The notes under the pieces were generated by a model. The model did no database searches. It worked only from the letters and a program-made list of their open reading frames with translations, and was not told where the DNA came from. A stretch of DNA of 53,607 nt from a virus (lineage: Duplodnaviria > Caudoviricetes). This document shows positions 8,310 to 17,648 of the stretch, in pieces. The translations under genes were made by a program, and so were the position numbers. The stretch lies in IMG/VR virus record IMGVR_UViG_3300028557_000049, positions 1 through 53,607 of that record; one strand, written 5' to 3'. Each line of letters starts with the position of its first letter. Position 1 is the first letter of the stretch.

Positions 8310-8716
8310 CATAGTGATTTTTGGTTAGTGGTTTTAAGCCAATTATAAATTTTATCAGCTTTATCGGTAAAGTAGCTTAATTCATAACGTATACTATTAT
8401 CCATAGCTACAGCCAATTTAAGGCACTCTAATCTAAGATTAACATCTTTATCGCTAACTTCTACCTTATTTGGGTTATCGTTGGTTAGCGTGGTTGTTTC
8501 ACCCCATTCAGATAACTCTTGTGGTGTTGGTGTGTATGGTTCAAAATCTGTTATATCAAGGTCGTCCATAAATTCTCCTACTTGCCACAACGAACCTTCG
8601 ACAGTTTTTGCTATTCCTTCAAAATATCTATTGCTATCTTTTTGATAGCCAACAAATTGCACCTTTAGACCTTGGTTGCCTTTATACTTATAATACTTCT
8701 TATAATACTTGTTCAT
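8309..8716 (-). CDS. hypothetical protein
   Basis: ORF; C-terminal LRLECLKLA...ADKIYNWL module. Confidence 0.6.
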   Translation of the reverse strand: MNKYYKKYYKYKGNQGLKVQFVGYQKDSNRYFEGIAKTVEGSLWQVGEFMDDLDITDFEPYTPTPQELSEWGETTTLTNDNPNKVEVSDKDVNLRLECLKLAVAMDNSIRYELSYFTDKADKIYNWLKTTNQKSL

Positions 8717-8796
8717 TGGTTATTGGTTATTGGTTTATACAAAGATACATTATTTATTGGTTATTTCAATAGGTTTAGGGGGTAACGGCTTATTGT

Positions 8797-9003
8797 TTAA
8801 AGTCTGTTGTATTCCCCTAATTTAGTTCTGTGACAGATAGTGCACTTGTATTTTTTGCAATACCAAGGTTTTGGGCAGTTAAAATTAAAAATAGTGTCAA
8901 AATGCTCCCATTTGTGCTTACAGTGGTTAAACTTCCATGTCGGATAGTAGCTTACTAAAGCGCCTATTAACACGATTAATGCAATTACGATTAATAATCC
9001 CAT
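8797..9003 (-). CDS. small membrane-anchored Cys/His protein
   Basis: TM helix then CKHKW...CTICH. Confidence 0.6.
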   Translation of the reverse strand: MGLLIVIALIVLIGALVSYYPTWKFNHCKHKWEHFDTIFNFNCPKPWYCKKYKCTICHRTKLGEYNRL

Positions 9004-9063
9004 AACTATTGGTTGTTTAGTTGTTCCTCAATTTTACTTAAAATAACTTTAGTATTATTGAGG

Positions 9064-9414
9064 TCATGGCTTTAGCTTTTCTATTTTAATTAGCATTTCC
9101 GCTTTTTTTTGCTGAAAATTAGGATTTTGGCTAGCTATCCTATCCGCAAAATCAATATCTACATCTATCAACTGGGATTTGGCTAGAAAATCGTTTTTGG
9201 TATAAATTATTGTAGGGTAGTTAGGGTAAGTGTCAATCGTTGAGTTATCTACCTCAATTGCATAACCAAGTTTATTTATCTCTATTTCTTGCTTATCACT
9301 TAACCTGTAAGGGGTTTTCATTTTCATGACCTCATCTTCATTAAGTGCAAGTAGCACAGAAGTCGCCTTATACTGTTCTTTGTTTGCCAATGGCAATTCG
9401 TTATATTTTTTCAT
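9064..9414 (-). CDS. hypothetical protein
   Basis: ORF with ATGA overlap. Confidence 0.6.
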   Translation of the reverse strand: MKKYNELPLANKEQYKATSVLLALNEDEVMKMKTPYRLSDKQEIEINKLGYAIEVDNSTIDTYPNYPTIIYTKNDFLAKSQLIDVDIDFADRIASQNPNFQQKKAEMLIKIEKLKP

Positions 9415-9625
9415 GCAAAGTAGTTTTTAAGCACCTCTGGGAAGTGCTTGGTTAGAATTTCTATTGCTTTTTGGGCGGTTTGTTTTGATTTAAAAATCAC
9501 ACCTGATGGTTGTATGCCAATACAATCATACAAATTAACAGTATCACCACATTTACCCATTACCCACGCTTTACCATTTAAAAAATCGGCTACCCAATCA
9601 CCGTTCAACTCTTTGGCTACTTATT
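9411..9625 (-). pseudogene. C-terminal fragment of a phage protein (VAKELNGDWVADF...FKSKQTAQKAIEIL)
   Basis: No ATG start; joined out of frame to a 13-codon head MSIITELETLLNK*. Confidence 0.45.
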
Positions 9626-9654
9626 TAGTAGCGTTTCCAGTTCGGTTATGATGC

Positions 9655-9843
9655 TCATGATTTAATGAAGAAGTATGCGGAAAACAAACAGGCTATAAAA
9701 AACACAATCCCCAATAGCCATATTATTGCATTTTCTCCAACTAAAGCCCAAAAGCAATACCCAATACCTACTATCATTGCAATTATTCCAACAAAACCTA
9801 CAAACAGTAGTATCGCAAGTCCAAATATTTTAAGTGCTTTCAT
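9655..9843 (-). CDS. small two-TM membrane protein
   Basis: Two hydrophobic stretches. Confidence 0.6.
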   Translation of the reverse strand: MKALKIFGLAILLFVGFVGIIAMIVGIGYCFWALVGENAIIWLLGIVFFIACLFSAYFFIKS

Positions 9844-9908
9844 ATTAGTTGTCTTTAGTAGCGTTAATCATTTCTGCGCTTGATTTAAGTATCTTATCCA
9901 AGTAATCT

Positions 9909-10298
9909 CTACTGCCCATTTGAGTGGTAGGGTGCCATACCCATTTCACTGATTACGTAAATTTCACCTCTCTTTACTTGACCACTAAATAAATCCATTG
10001 GTGCTTTATAACCTATTATTTTCTTATCGCTCATTTCTTCTTTTTTTAAAATATCCATAAACTCTTTAGCTGTAAATACTTTTGGATTGTTCTCAAAATC
10101 GTTAATATGCAACCAAACATTAGTGCCATAATAACTACTATTACCATCATAACCATAATAATAATTTCTATCATACCCGTCCCAGTTATAACCATACTGC
10201 TCATTTAACCAACTAAGGTAGTCTTTAAATTCCGCAGAATCATCATTTTTAACTAAAAAATATTTAAATGGTAGTTGTTCTTTTGTCTTTAGTTTCAT
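9909..10298 (-). CDS. hypothetical protein, possibly truncated
   Basis: ORF ends shortly after KKIIGYKAPMDLF. Confidence 0.55.
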   Translation of the reverse strand: MKLKTKEQLPFKYFLVKNDDSAEFKDYLSWLNEQYGYNWDGYDRNYYYGYDGNSSYYGTNVWLHINDFENNPKVFTAKEFMDILKKEEMSDKKIIGYKAPMDLFSGQVKRGEIYVISEMGMAPYHSNGQ

Positions 10299-10332
10299 GG
10301 TGTTTGATTTGTTTCAGTAAAGGTAGATAAAA

Positions 10333-10581
10333 TTATTGATTATTGCAAGCCTTTTTCCAAAAGGAATCTATCTCATCGAAAAATTCTCCATCCCACTCCT
10401 TATCTTTGTGGATTTCTTGAAACTCATCAGTAAGTTCTTTTGCAAGTTCATACATACCGCCACGTCCTTGCTGTTCATATCTTCGTGTCACAAAATCCTT
10501 GGTATTATAATCTAATAAGGATTCTGCTATCCTCATATTTATCTCAAAGTAGGTTTCTAGGTATTCTTCATCCATTTCCAT
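10333..10581 (-). CDS. acidic hypothetical protein
   Basis: ORF with own promoter. Confidence 0.6.
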   Translation of the reverse strand: MEMDEEYLETYFEINMRIAESLLDYNTKDFVTRRYEQQGRGGMYELAKELTDEFQEIHKDKEWDGEFFDEIDSFWKKACNNQ

Positions 10582-10642
10582 CGTTGCGTAGTTTAGTTTT
10601 TAATTATCCTATTGTAAAGGTAAGAATATTTTTCCGAAATAC

Positions 10643-11008
10643 CTAATTTAATAGTTCAACAAACTCAGAATAGTAATTATACACATCTAAGTAACCACTA
10701 CTATGGCCATGTTCCCATGCAAGGTTAAATAGCTTGTCTACTTTAGGGTTATCTGTTACCCCAAAATCCTCAGCCAAGTCCTGTTTAAACTGTAAGAATA
10801 ACCTATTGTCCTCATTTCTGTAATGATTTACCGCTAAGTTATACTCATTTTTAAGCCTTATTTCAGTAGCTTCTCTTTCTTCCCTTACTTGTAGTAGAGT
10901 ACCTGTAAAAGTACCCATTGCTTCATCAATGTCCTTTGTTGTAGGTTTTGAAGGGTAAGGTAGTTTGTTGGTATATTGGTTATTTTGTATGTTTTCGTAA
11001 ACGTCCAT
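10643..11008 (-). CDS. hypothetical protein (AWEHGHSSG motif)
   Basis: ORF with own promoter. Confidence 0.65.
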   Translation of the reverse strand: MDVYENIQNNQYTNKLPYPSKPTTKDIDEAMGTFTGTLLQVREEREATEIRLKNEYNLAVNHYRNEDNRLFLQFKQDLAEDFGVTDNPKVDKLFNLAWEHGHSSGYLDVYNYYSEFVELLN

Positions 11009-11070
11009 GTCTTTTTGGTTTTTTGTATATCAAAGGTAAGAATATTATTTCAAATAACCAAATTAATGTT

Positions 11071-11676
11071 CTATAAATCTTTTCTATTTACGTCATAAAA
11101 ATAATTATTGGTATCTTCACTCATCCACCTACTGCTTATTTCACAAGAAAGGATTTCTGTATCTACCTTTTGTGACTTAGCTAATTCTGGGGTAAGTTCT
11201 TTGGTAACAAAATTGGTATCGGCCCAGAGTATTCTATTATTTGGTTGACAAAGCAGATAACCATCATCTGATAGAAGTACATGACCACATTTATAATCTG
11301 TTGGGTCATTTGAAAAAGCATTATTAAACCAATCGATAGTAAACAAATATTTAGCCCATATCTTAGTTTGGTCTTTAAGAATTACTTGGCATCTATTTAA
11401 TAATTGATATTGTATTATATTTGCATCATAGCCAAAGCAATCCCATAATTGTTTAAAATCGTGAGGTATATCTTTATCGCTAATTTCGACAAAGATTTCG
11501 CTAAGGGGTATCCTAGAGCGATGTATACCATGTTCTGTTAGTACATGGAAGGTAAGTATCTTATTAGGCAATGATTGTACGGCATGAGCAATACAAAAGT
11601 ACCATTGATTGCTATCAGCCTTGGTGAAGTATGATTCACGAACATAGCATTTAAAATGTGGTATGTTATAGTTCAT
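11071..11676 (-). CDS. conserved phage hypothetical protein
   Basis: QLWDCF, YLFTIDW, KCGH and QPNNRILW motifs. Confidence 0.7.
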   Translation of the reverse strand: MNYNIPHFKCYVRESYFTKADSNQWYFCIAHAVQSLPNKILTFHVLTEHGIHRSRIPLSEIFVEISDKDIPHDFKQLWDCFGYDANIIQYQLLNRCQVILKDQTKIWAKYLFTIDWFNNAFSNDPTDYKCGHVLLSDDGYLLCQPNNRILWADTNFVTKELTPELAKSQKVDTEILSCEISSRWMSEDTNNYFYDVNRKDL

Positions 11677-11683
11677 ATTTAAT

Positions 11684-11881
11684 TTATAATAGTTCTTTTG
11701 GGTATGGTGCAGTTTTGATTTCTAAATTATCTATCATACCTGAAAGATAACACAACCTACGCTGCCTATCGCACATATCCCTAGCGTATTGGTTGATAGC
11801 TTCAATACACTTATTATAGGCATCATCTGAATCATTTTCTGAATCACGAAAATAATCATTTAGTATTTCCTCTGGTGTCAT
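11684..11881 (-). CDS. hypothetical protein
   Basis: ORF. Confidence 0.55.
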   Translation of the reverse strand: MTPEEILNDYFRDSENDSDDAYNKCIEAINQYARDMCDRQRRLCYLSGMIDNLEIKTAPYPKELL

Positions 11882-12009
11882 TTCGTTTCGTTTAATAGGT
11901 TGGGTTTTATTAATTCAATTTTTAAACAGCTAAAACAAACTAAGTCTTCTCCTTGTTGGTAAAGAGCACTACATTTCATACCACATTGGTCACAAGGTAA
12001 TTCTTTCAT
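11878..12009 (-). CDS. 43-aa zinc-finger-like protein (CDQC...CFSC)
   Basis: Read by hand; ATGA overlap with the next gene. Confidence 0.55.
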   Translation of the reverse strand: MKELPCDQCGMKCSALYQQGEDLVCFSCLKIELIKPNLLNETK

Positions 12010-12045
12010 ATTGTTTTATCTTTTGGTTTTAATATTTAACTAGGG

Positions 12046-12426
12046 TCAATCAAAACTAGAACCACTATCAAAACTAGAACCGCTGTCATAGCTTGAGCTA
12101 TCACTGCTATACGAGGTGGTATCGTTACTAGTATAATCTGAATTGGTAGAATGATTATCATCATGTGAATTTCCTTCCCAATGGTGATTGATAGTTGGGG
12201 TTTCTTGCCTATAAGAATCTTGATTGGCTTGGTATATGGGGCTTAACGGGTTCCAAGGGTTGGTTAAATCAGATATTAAATCATCATTATTCGTATTCGA
12301 ACGTTGGTAACCGCTTGGTGAAGCATTTCTTGAAATTGGTTGCTTTACTGGTGTTTTTGGGTTAATGATGGGTCTTGGGGTTTCTTTCTTTTTGAATAGA
12401 AACTCTAGGAATTTAGTAATTTTCAT
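12046..12426 (-). CDS. hypothetical protein with Ser/Asp-rich tail
   Basis: SSYDSGSSFDSGSSFD low-complexity end. Confidence 0.65.
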   Translation of the reverse strand: MKITKFLEFLFKKKETPRPIINPKTPVKQPISRNASPSGYQRSNTNNDDLISDLTNPWNPLSPIYQANQDSYRQETPTINHHWEGNSHDDNHSTNSDYTSNDTTSYSSDSSSYDSGSSFDSGSSFD

Positions 12427-12521
12427 TTGCTTATTTTTTTAAGGGTTAGTGGTTATTGTTTAGTTCATTAAATGTACGATAATTAATTGACACTACAAAG
12501 GATATACCCCTGTTTTTCTTT

Positions 12522-12812
12522 TTACAATGATAATAAATTACTAAAACCAACAACTCTCCATGCTACTTCTTCTTTACCATAGTATTTTTCAATAGTGTGT
12601 ACAAGTTCATAAGCACTATCAATATTAACCATTGTAATAAACTTGTAATTTTTAAACAAGTTATCTTTGTAAAAATTCTGTTCTTCTGTGGATAAACCTA
12701 TCCACCAATCACTAGAGTTATTTCTTAGTATGTGTTTTTCTGTCATTTTACATTTATTAAAGTTCTCATTAACAATAAGTATTATTGTGCCAATTAGAAA
12801 ACGTTCATCCAT
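12522..12812 (-). CDS. hypothetical protein
   Basis: ORF with promoter at ~12831-12862; start uncertain. Confidence 0.5.
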   Translation of the reverse strand: MDERFLIGTIILIVNENFNKCKMTEKHILRNNSSDWWIGLSTEEQNFYKDNLFKNYKFITMVNIDSAYELVHTIEKYYGKEEVAWRVVGFSNLLSL

Positions 12813-12874
12813 TTTCTAATTATTGTGTTACAAAGGTACTAAAAATATTTCAGACTACCAAACATGGAATAGTA

Positions 12875-13138
12875 TTATTTATCACTTATTAATACACCCT
12901 CGTTGTTCCAAGCTCTTCTGGGAACAACCTCCACACCATCTATATAAATACATTCATCCCATAGCCCACCATTACAATACCATGAACGAAATAAGTCATT
13001 TAGCTTACTATCCTTATAGTTTTTTTCAAAAGATAATTGACCATTCGTATACCATGAACGATATAATCCATTTAGCTTACCATCCTTATACGTTTCTTCA
13101 ATAGCTAATTGACCATTAGAATACCATTGACGATATAA
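12875..13138 (-). pseudogene. 5'-truncated MORN-variant repeat gene abutting the IS607 right end
   Basis: LYRQWYSNGQL...YKDGKLNGLYRSWY repeats start exactly after ...GAACGG; the track's N-terminus is element sequence. Confidence 0.7.
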
Positions 13139-13300
13139 CCGTTCAACAGAAATTAGACAAAGTTGCCTATACCCAATTTCACGTTTTCTTGTATCATCCA
13201 ACCATATCTAACACAACCATTGCTAGTTATATCCCAATAGAGGGTTGTCCTCAAGCTTTCATTCCATTGCTGGAACTGATTCGGGCAAACGTTGCCCTAT
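13120..13300 (-). ncRNA. predicted omegaRNA (scaffold plus flank-derived guide) of TnpB
   Basis: Inferred from position (tnpB 3' end to element right end); boundaries approximate. Confidence 0.45.
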
Positions 13301-14431
13301 CATATTATATAATCTCATTCCCTCATGCTCAATATTAAGCGCAGCATTCTCATCCCTGTCTATAATCAATCCACATCCCTCACAGATAAACTCCCTGTCA
13401 GCTAATGTCAAGTTAACATTCTTCCAACCACAACATGAACATGTCTTACTGCTCGGATAAAACCTGTCAACAAACATCACTTCCCTTCCATGCCAAGCTG
13501 ATTTATATTCAATCTGTCTTCGCATCTCGCCTAGACTTAATTCTTGAATAGCTTTCGCCAATTTATGATTTTTAAGCATTCCACTTACATTCAAATCTTC
13601 CAGACAGATAACTTGGTTTTCGTTAACCAATCTGGTTGTGATATTATGAAGAAAATCATTCTTTTGATTTTTTATTTTCTCATGTAACCTTGCTAATTTA
13701 ATCTTAGCTTTATACCTGTTATTACTTCCTTTTTGTTTTTTAGAAAGCCTTTTTTGTAATCTAATCAGTTTTTCTTCTGATGTTCTTATCCACTTAGGGT
13801 TATCAATGGTTTCACCATTCGATAATGTAAGAAGTGTCTTGATTCCAAGGTCAATACCAACTGAATGATTAACTGGTTCATTCATTACACGAAGCAAATC
13901 ACCATCAATCAAGATGCTTGCATAATAATGACCACATTTCTTTCTTATTATTGTTATTGATTTGATTCCTGTTTTGTTCTTATACAAATAATCCTTATCC
14001 CGTTTGCTACATTCAAAATTAATACCATTAATTGTTTTAGTTAAATTTAACTTAGATTGAACCTCATCAAATGTTTTGCTTGCAACAGCCTCTTGTGGGA
14101 ATCTTGCTTTCTGTTCATCATGCTTTGATTTGAATTTAGGAAAACCTCTACCTTGTTTAAAGAAGTTCTTATAAGCCGTTTCAAGGTTAATGATTGATTG
14201 TTTAAGAACCTTTGTATTATGTTCTTTCAGCCATTCATAATCATTACGTAGATTACCATGAAAATACTTTCCAAGGTCAGAGAATGAAGTATTTGATTTA
14301 TCCGTTTCGTAACGTTGTTTCTTATAAGCAAGCGATTGATTAAAGACAAATCGATAAGAACCCAAGAGTGAGTTAATTCTCATCTCTTGGCTCTTATTCG
14401 GGTATAATCTAATCTTAATCGCTTTTAACAT
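13259..14431 (-). CDS. tnpB: RNA-guided endonuclease TnpB
   Basis: KAIKIRLYP HTH, GFPKFKSK, GIDLG, EDL, SSKTCSCCG, DRDENAA; RuvC D-E-D intact. Confidence 0.95.
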   Translation of the reverse strand: MLKAIKIRLYPNKSQEMRINSLLGSYRFVFNQSLAYKKQRYETDKSNTSFSDLGKYFHGNLRNDYEWLKEHNTKVLKQSIINLETAYKNFFKQGRGFPKFKSKHDEQKARFPQEAVASKTFDEVQSKLNLTKTINGINFECSKRDKDYLYKNKTGIKSITIIRKKCGHYYASILIDGDLLRVMNEPVNHSVGIDLGIKTLLTLSNGETIDNPKWIRTSEEKLIRLQKRLSKKQKGSNNRYKAKIKLARLHEKIKNQKNDFLHNITTRLVNENQVICLEDLNVSGMLKNHKLAKAIQELSLGEMRRQIEYKSAWHGREVMFVDRFYPSSKTCSCCGWKNVNLTLADREFICEGCGLIIDRDENAALNIEHEGMRLYNMIGQRLPESVPAME

Positions 14432-14949
14432 TAAAAATCTTTTGTTACTATTTTATTACCATTCCAAACAATAACTCTATACGCTTTAGAAAAAATCATA
14501 TTACCATATTCATTTTGAGCCTTATAACTCCACGTAATACATAATTCATTTCCACTAGTAAAGAAAATTAAACCATTTGATTCTGTTATCGGAGTGAAAC
14601 TTTCTTTATTTTTTAAATATAAAGTAGTCATCCATTGTGATGCTAGGCATTGGTTATATAAAAATATTTCTATGTGAGGATTTTTATTAAAAAATTGTAT
14701 CATTTCTTTGTTGGCAACAGTATCAGAAAATGTTTCAATATCCCATTGTTTAAACATATCACTTTGTGTTAGTTTAAATACTGTACTATCATCTATATTA
14801 AAAGTAACAGGTATTTCAACTCCTAATCCATTTGTAAAAACAGTATGAAATTTACCATTTTTAATGTAAACTTCAGTTGGTTTTGTTTGGGCTAAAAGAC
14901 TAGCAAATATAAAAACATTAATTGTAAATAATAAAAATAATTTTTTCAT
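14431..14949 (-). CDS. secreted protein (cargo 4)
   Basis: Signal peptide MKKLFLLF...LLAQ from ATG 14949; YKAQNEYG motif. Confidence 0.7.
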   Translation of the reverse strand: MKKLFLLFTINVFIFASLLAQTKPTEVYIKNGKFHTVFTNGLGVEIPVTFNIDDSTVFKLTQSDMFKQWDIETFSDTVANKEMIQFFNKNPHIEIFLYNQCLASQWMTTLYLKNKESFTPITESNGLIFFTSGNELCITWSYKAQNEYGNMIFSKAYRVIVWNGNKIVTKDF

Positions 14950-14980
14950 AAAATTGTGGTTTTGGTTTGTTAATAATAAT

Positions 14981-15334
14981 TTAAAATAATAATTCGATTT
15001 GCCCATTCTGAGATATGAATTGAATTGGGGTTTCAACTTCAATAGTCAGAGCGTAATCTGGTGTTGTAACAATAGTAGCTCCAAAACTATAAAGTGTATC
15101 GTTATTTTGTTTAACAAGTACGCTATCTCCTTTATAAAAAAACTCTGGTTTTACATCACCGTTATTTATTTGGAAAAATGCATAACGATATGTTATGGTA
15201 TCATTGTCTGGCACTTCAATTATATGATTATAATCCCACACAACTGATGTCCTTTCAATAAGATGATTATCTTTTTGACAAGACGAAATGATAAGCGTTG
15301 CTATGATAGCCAATAAGAAAAATAATTGTTTCAT
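14981..15334 (-). CDS. lipoprotein (cargo 3)
   Basis: Lipobox ATLIISS-CQKD. Confidence 0.75.
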   Translation of the reverse strand: MKQLFFLLAIIATLIISSCQKDNHLIERTSVVWDYNHIIEVPDNDTITYRYAFFQINNGDVKPEFFYKGDSVLVKQNNDTLYSFGATIVTTPDYALTIEVETPIQFISQNGQIELLF

Positions 15335-15360
15335 AAAATTATTAATTTAGATTTAGCGTT

Positions 15361-15969
15361 TTACCAGTCATTTTGGGTAGTGCTATTCATCGCTTTATGT
15401 AATGAATTTATTGAAGAGTTAATATATTGTTCGATAGCTGGTTTAACTTCTTCATTCCATATTTTTTTATTTAAAACCATTTTAGCGCATACTGGTTCAC
15501 TATTACGTAAATCACCATAACAATATTCTTTACCATAATAGTGACTAAAGGAGCCTGTTGGATTACCAGCTAACTTAGCTCCAGAACTAGTATATACTTG
15601 ATAACAATGCGTAGTTGGTTTAATTATTAATTTGTATTTATTATCCTTACAATATAAAGCCAAACTAAACCATATTCTATGTTTCCACATTTGGCCCATT
15701 GTTTTGGTATTAATAACAAAATTACCTTTAATAAATAACTGATTATTAACTTCATCTAAATTTCTAGTTGCATCTTCAAAAGAAACAAATACATCAGCAA
15801 AGTACATTCTCGCATTTCCAAATAGCGTTTTAGCATCAGTATTAGGTACATCAACTAAACTAACATATTCTATTTCACCGTTTTCATTCTTAGGCCAATT
15901 ATTATCATAATTCTGAGTATATGATGATAATGAATAAAATAAAATTGTAATAATAAAAATAATTTTCAT
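15361..15969 (-). CDS. secreted protein, DUF4468-like (cargo 2)
   Basis: Signal peptide; CKDNKYK motif and ...NDW end typical of Bacteroidetes proteins. Confidence 0.65.
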   Translation of the reverse strand: MKIIFIITILFYSLSSYTQNYDNNWPKNENGEIEYVSLVDVPNTDAKTLFGNARMYFADVFVSFEDATRNLDEVNNQLFIKGNFVINTKTMGQMWKHRIWFSLALYCKDNKYKLIIKPTTHCYQVYTSSGAKLAGNPTGSFSHYYGKEYCYGDLRNSEPVCAKMVLNKKIWNEEVKPAIEQYINSSINSLHKAMNSTTQNDW

Positions 15970-15998
15970 AATTTTAATTTAAAGTGTTTAAAATAATT

Positions 15999-16268
15999 TT
16001 ACCATTGTGGTTGGTTAGTCACACATACTCTATCACCAATAAAATTGTTTAACCAAAAAGTATAATCACAACAAAATACTTTATAATTACCACTACAGTC
16101 ATTTTTAATTGTTAAAGTATAACAAGATGTTATTTCATCATCAGTTATAATACCACAATTACATTGTTGATTAGAACCAATACCATTCACATCATCGTCT
16201 AATTCATCTTTTTGACAAGACGAAATGATAAGCGTTGCCATTATAGCAAATAAGAATAATTTTTTCAT
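15999..16268 (-). CDS. Cys-rich lipoprotein (cargo 1)
   Basis: Lipobox ATLIISS-CQKD; CNCG, NDCSGN. Confidence 0.75.
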   Translation of the reverse strand: MKKLFLFAIMATLIISSCQKDELDDDVNGIGSNQQCNCGIITDDEITSCYTLTIKNDCSGNYKVFCCDYTFWLNNFIGDRVCVTNQPQW

Positions 16269-16337
16269 AAAATTGTGTTTTTTTGTTTGTTAATTAATAT
16301 TCTACAAAGGTAATAATTCTTTTTGTAACGACCAAAT

Positions 16338-16958
16338 TTATTTAGCATTATTTTTCTCTTTTCTTCTCTTTGCACTACGCTTACCATACAGCTTTCCACT
16401 GAAACTAGCCATCAACATCATGATGTCATTAACTAACTCCTCTTCCTCACTCACGTCTACATTGTTCTCCACCTTCTCAATCTCAACACCATAACTGTTG
16501 AAGAACTTCTCTATCAAGTTATATTGAAATCTTGTTAATCTGTCCTTATGTTCAATAACAACTTTTTCAATCTTGCCAGCTATTACCAAATCAAGTAGCT
16601 TAACAAACCCATTTCTAGTGTCTGACAGACCAGAACCAACATCTTTGATGATATGGTCCACTTGGTACTTTTTCTTCGCACAGTGCTCACTTAAACGCTG
16701 TGATTGCCTATCTAAATCTCCCTTGGCTTTCTGCTCATGGGATGAAACTCTTGAATATGTACAAATTGGTTTCTTTATAACCTTAACAGGTAAATAGACC
16801 TTCATATACTTATCAATATCGTCTTGAAGGTATCTCCTGTGGCCACCAACAGTTTTAATGGCTTTAAGCGTACCTTCATCGTCCCACCTACGTAGTGTCT
16901 TGGTTGAGACGGATAACAGACTTGCAGCTTCCTTAATTGTTATAAGTTTACTGCTCAT
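16338..16958 (-). CDS. tnpA: IS607-family serine transposase TnpA
   Basis: MerR-like HTH (TLRRWD...GGHRRY), YSRVSS, DVGSG, DRLTRF, FSGKLYG. Confidence 0.95.
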   Translation of the reverse strand: MSSKLITIKEAASLLSVSTKTLRRWDDEGTLKAIKTVGGHRRYLQDDIDKYMKVYLPVKVIKKPICTYSRVSSHEQKAKGDLDRQSQRLSEHCAKKKYQVDHIIKDVGSGLSDTRNGFVKLLDLVIAGKIEKVVIEHKDRLTRFQYNLIEKFFNSYGVEIEKVENNVDVSEEEELVNDIMMLMASFSGKLYGKRSAKRRKEKNNAK

Positions 16959-17178
16959 CGTTTTCGTCCTTTAATATATTGTCTAGGTGACTTATTATTG
17001 TTGATTGAGATTTGTCCAATATTATCTGGAATTCCTCAACCGTAATGTCCTCATCCAATTCAAAAGTATGAGGGTATATATCACCATTATCAAGCTCGAA
17101 CTCGGTCTTGCTTACTCTAATAACAGTGAATTTCTTTTTTTCTAATTGTGACATAATTGTTGTTAGTTTCTTTTTCAT
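16948..17178 (-). CDS. small acidic protein at the head of the IS607 element
   Basis: Overlaps the tnpA start; ATATTTAT immediately upstream. Confidence 0.65.
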   Translation of the reverse strand: MKKKLTTIMSQLEKKKFTVIRVSKTEFELDNGDIYPHTFELDEDITVEEFQIILDKSQSTIISHLDNILKDENDEQ

Positions 17179-17260
17179 ATATAAATATACAGAAGTTTCA
17201 TAAAAGATACAATATTGTAAAAATATTTCTAAGATTGCCTAATTTTTTATTAGCAGTTGG

Positions 17261-17626
17261 TCAACCCTCAATAGTCACATACAATAATATGAAAAACCAA
17301 CAAAGGACCCCTACTAAAAAGATTTGTCCAAACGGCTTGATACTTAAATCTATTGGTACAAACAACCATACTACAACAAATATCATATGACTAATGGCTA
17401 TTATTGTCATATAGGCACCCATACTCAAGCCAATTCTTTCACCCCATGTTGTTTTATCAAATCTAGTAAGAAATAAACCTATAAATGATAATAAACTTAG
17501 TGGTATAATCAATATCCACATTAATACCAACCGCCAAAAATATGGACAAAGATTGGTGGGCATTTTATCTTGGTTGTAGAACCAGCGATAAAGCCTTGCT
17601 ACTAGTGTTGTTGAGCTTAAGTTCAT
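17261..17626 (-). CDS. membrane protein, probably truncated by the IS607 left end
   Basis: NLCPYFW plus TM helices; stop codon falls at the GGTT junction. Confidence 0.6.
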   Translation of the reverse strand: MNLSSTTLVARLYRWFYNQDKMPTNLCPYFWRLVLMWILIIPLSLLSFIGLFLTRFDKTTWGERIGLSMGAYMTIIAISHMIFVVVWLFVPIDLSIKPFGQIFLVGVLCWFFILLYVTIEG

Positions 17627-17648
17627 AATATTCTGATATTTTAGTTAA

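Larger units (their letters stand above)
13139..17266 (-). mobile_element. IS607-family element (small ORF, tnpA, cargo cassette, tnpB)
   Basis: Serine-recombinase TnpA and TnpB; GG(TT) at both junctions (17263-17266, 13137-13140); TAGGCAA direct repeat ~23 nt inside each end (17235-17241, 13163-13169). Confidence 0.75.

Noticed and set aside
13139-13201. N-terminus of the track ORF 12875..13201
   Set aside because: It is IS607 right-end/omegaRNA sequence that happens to be in frame with the truncated MORN gene (TTG start)
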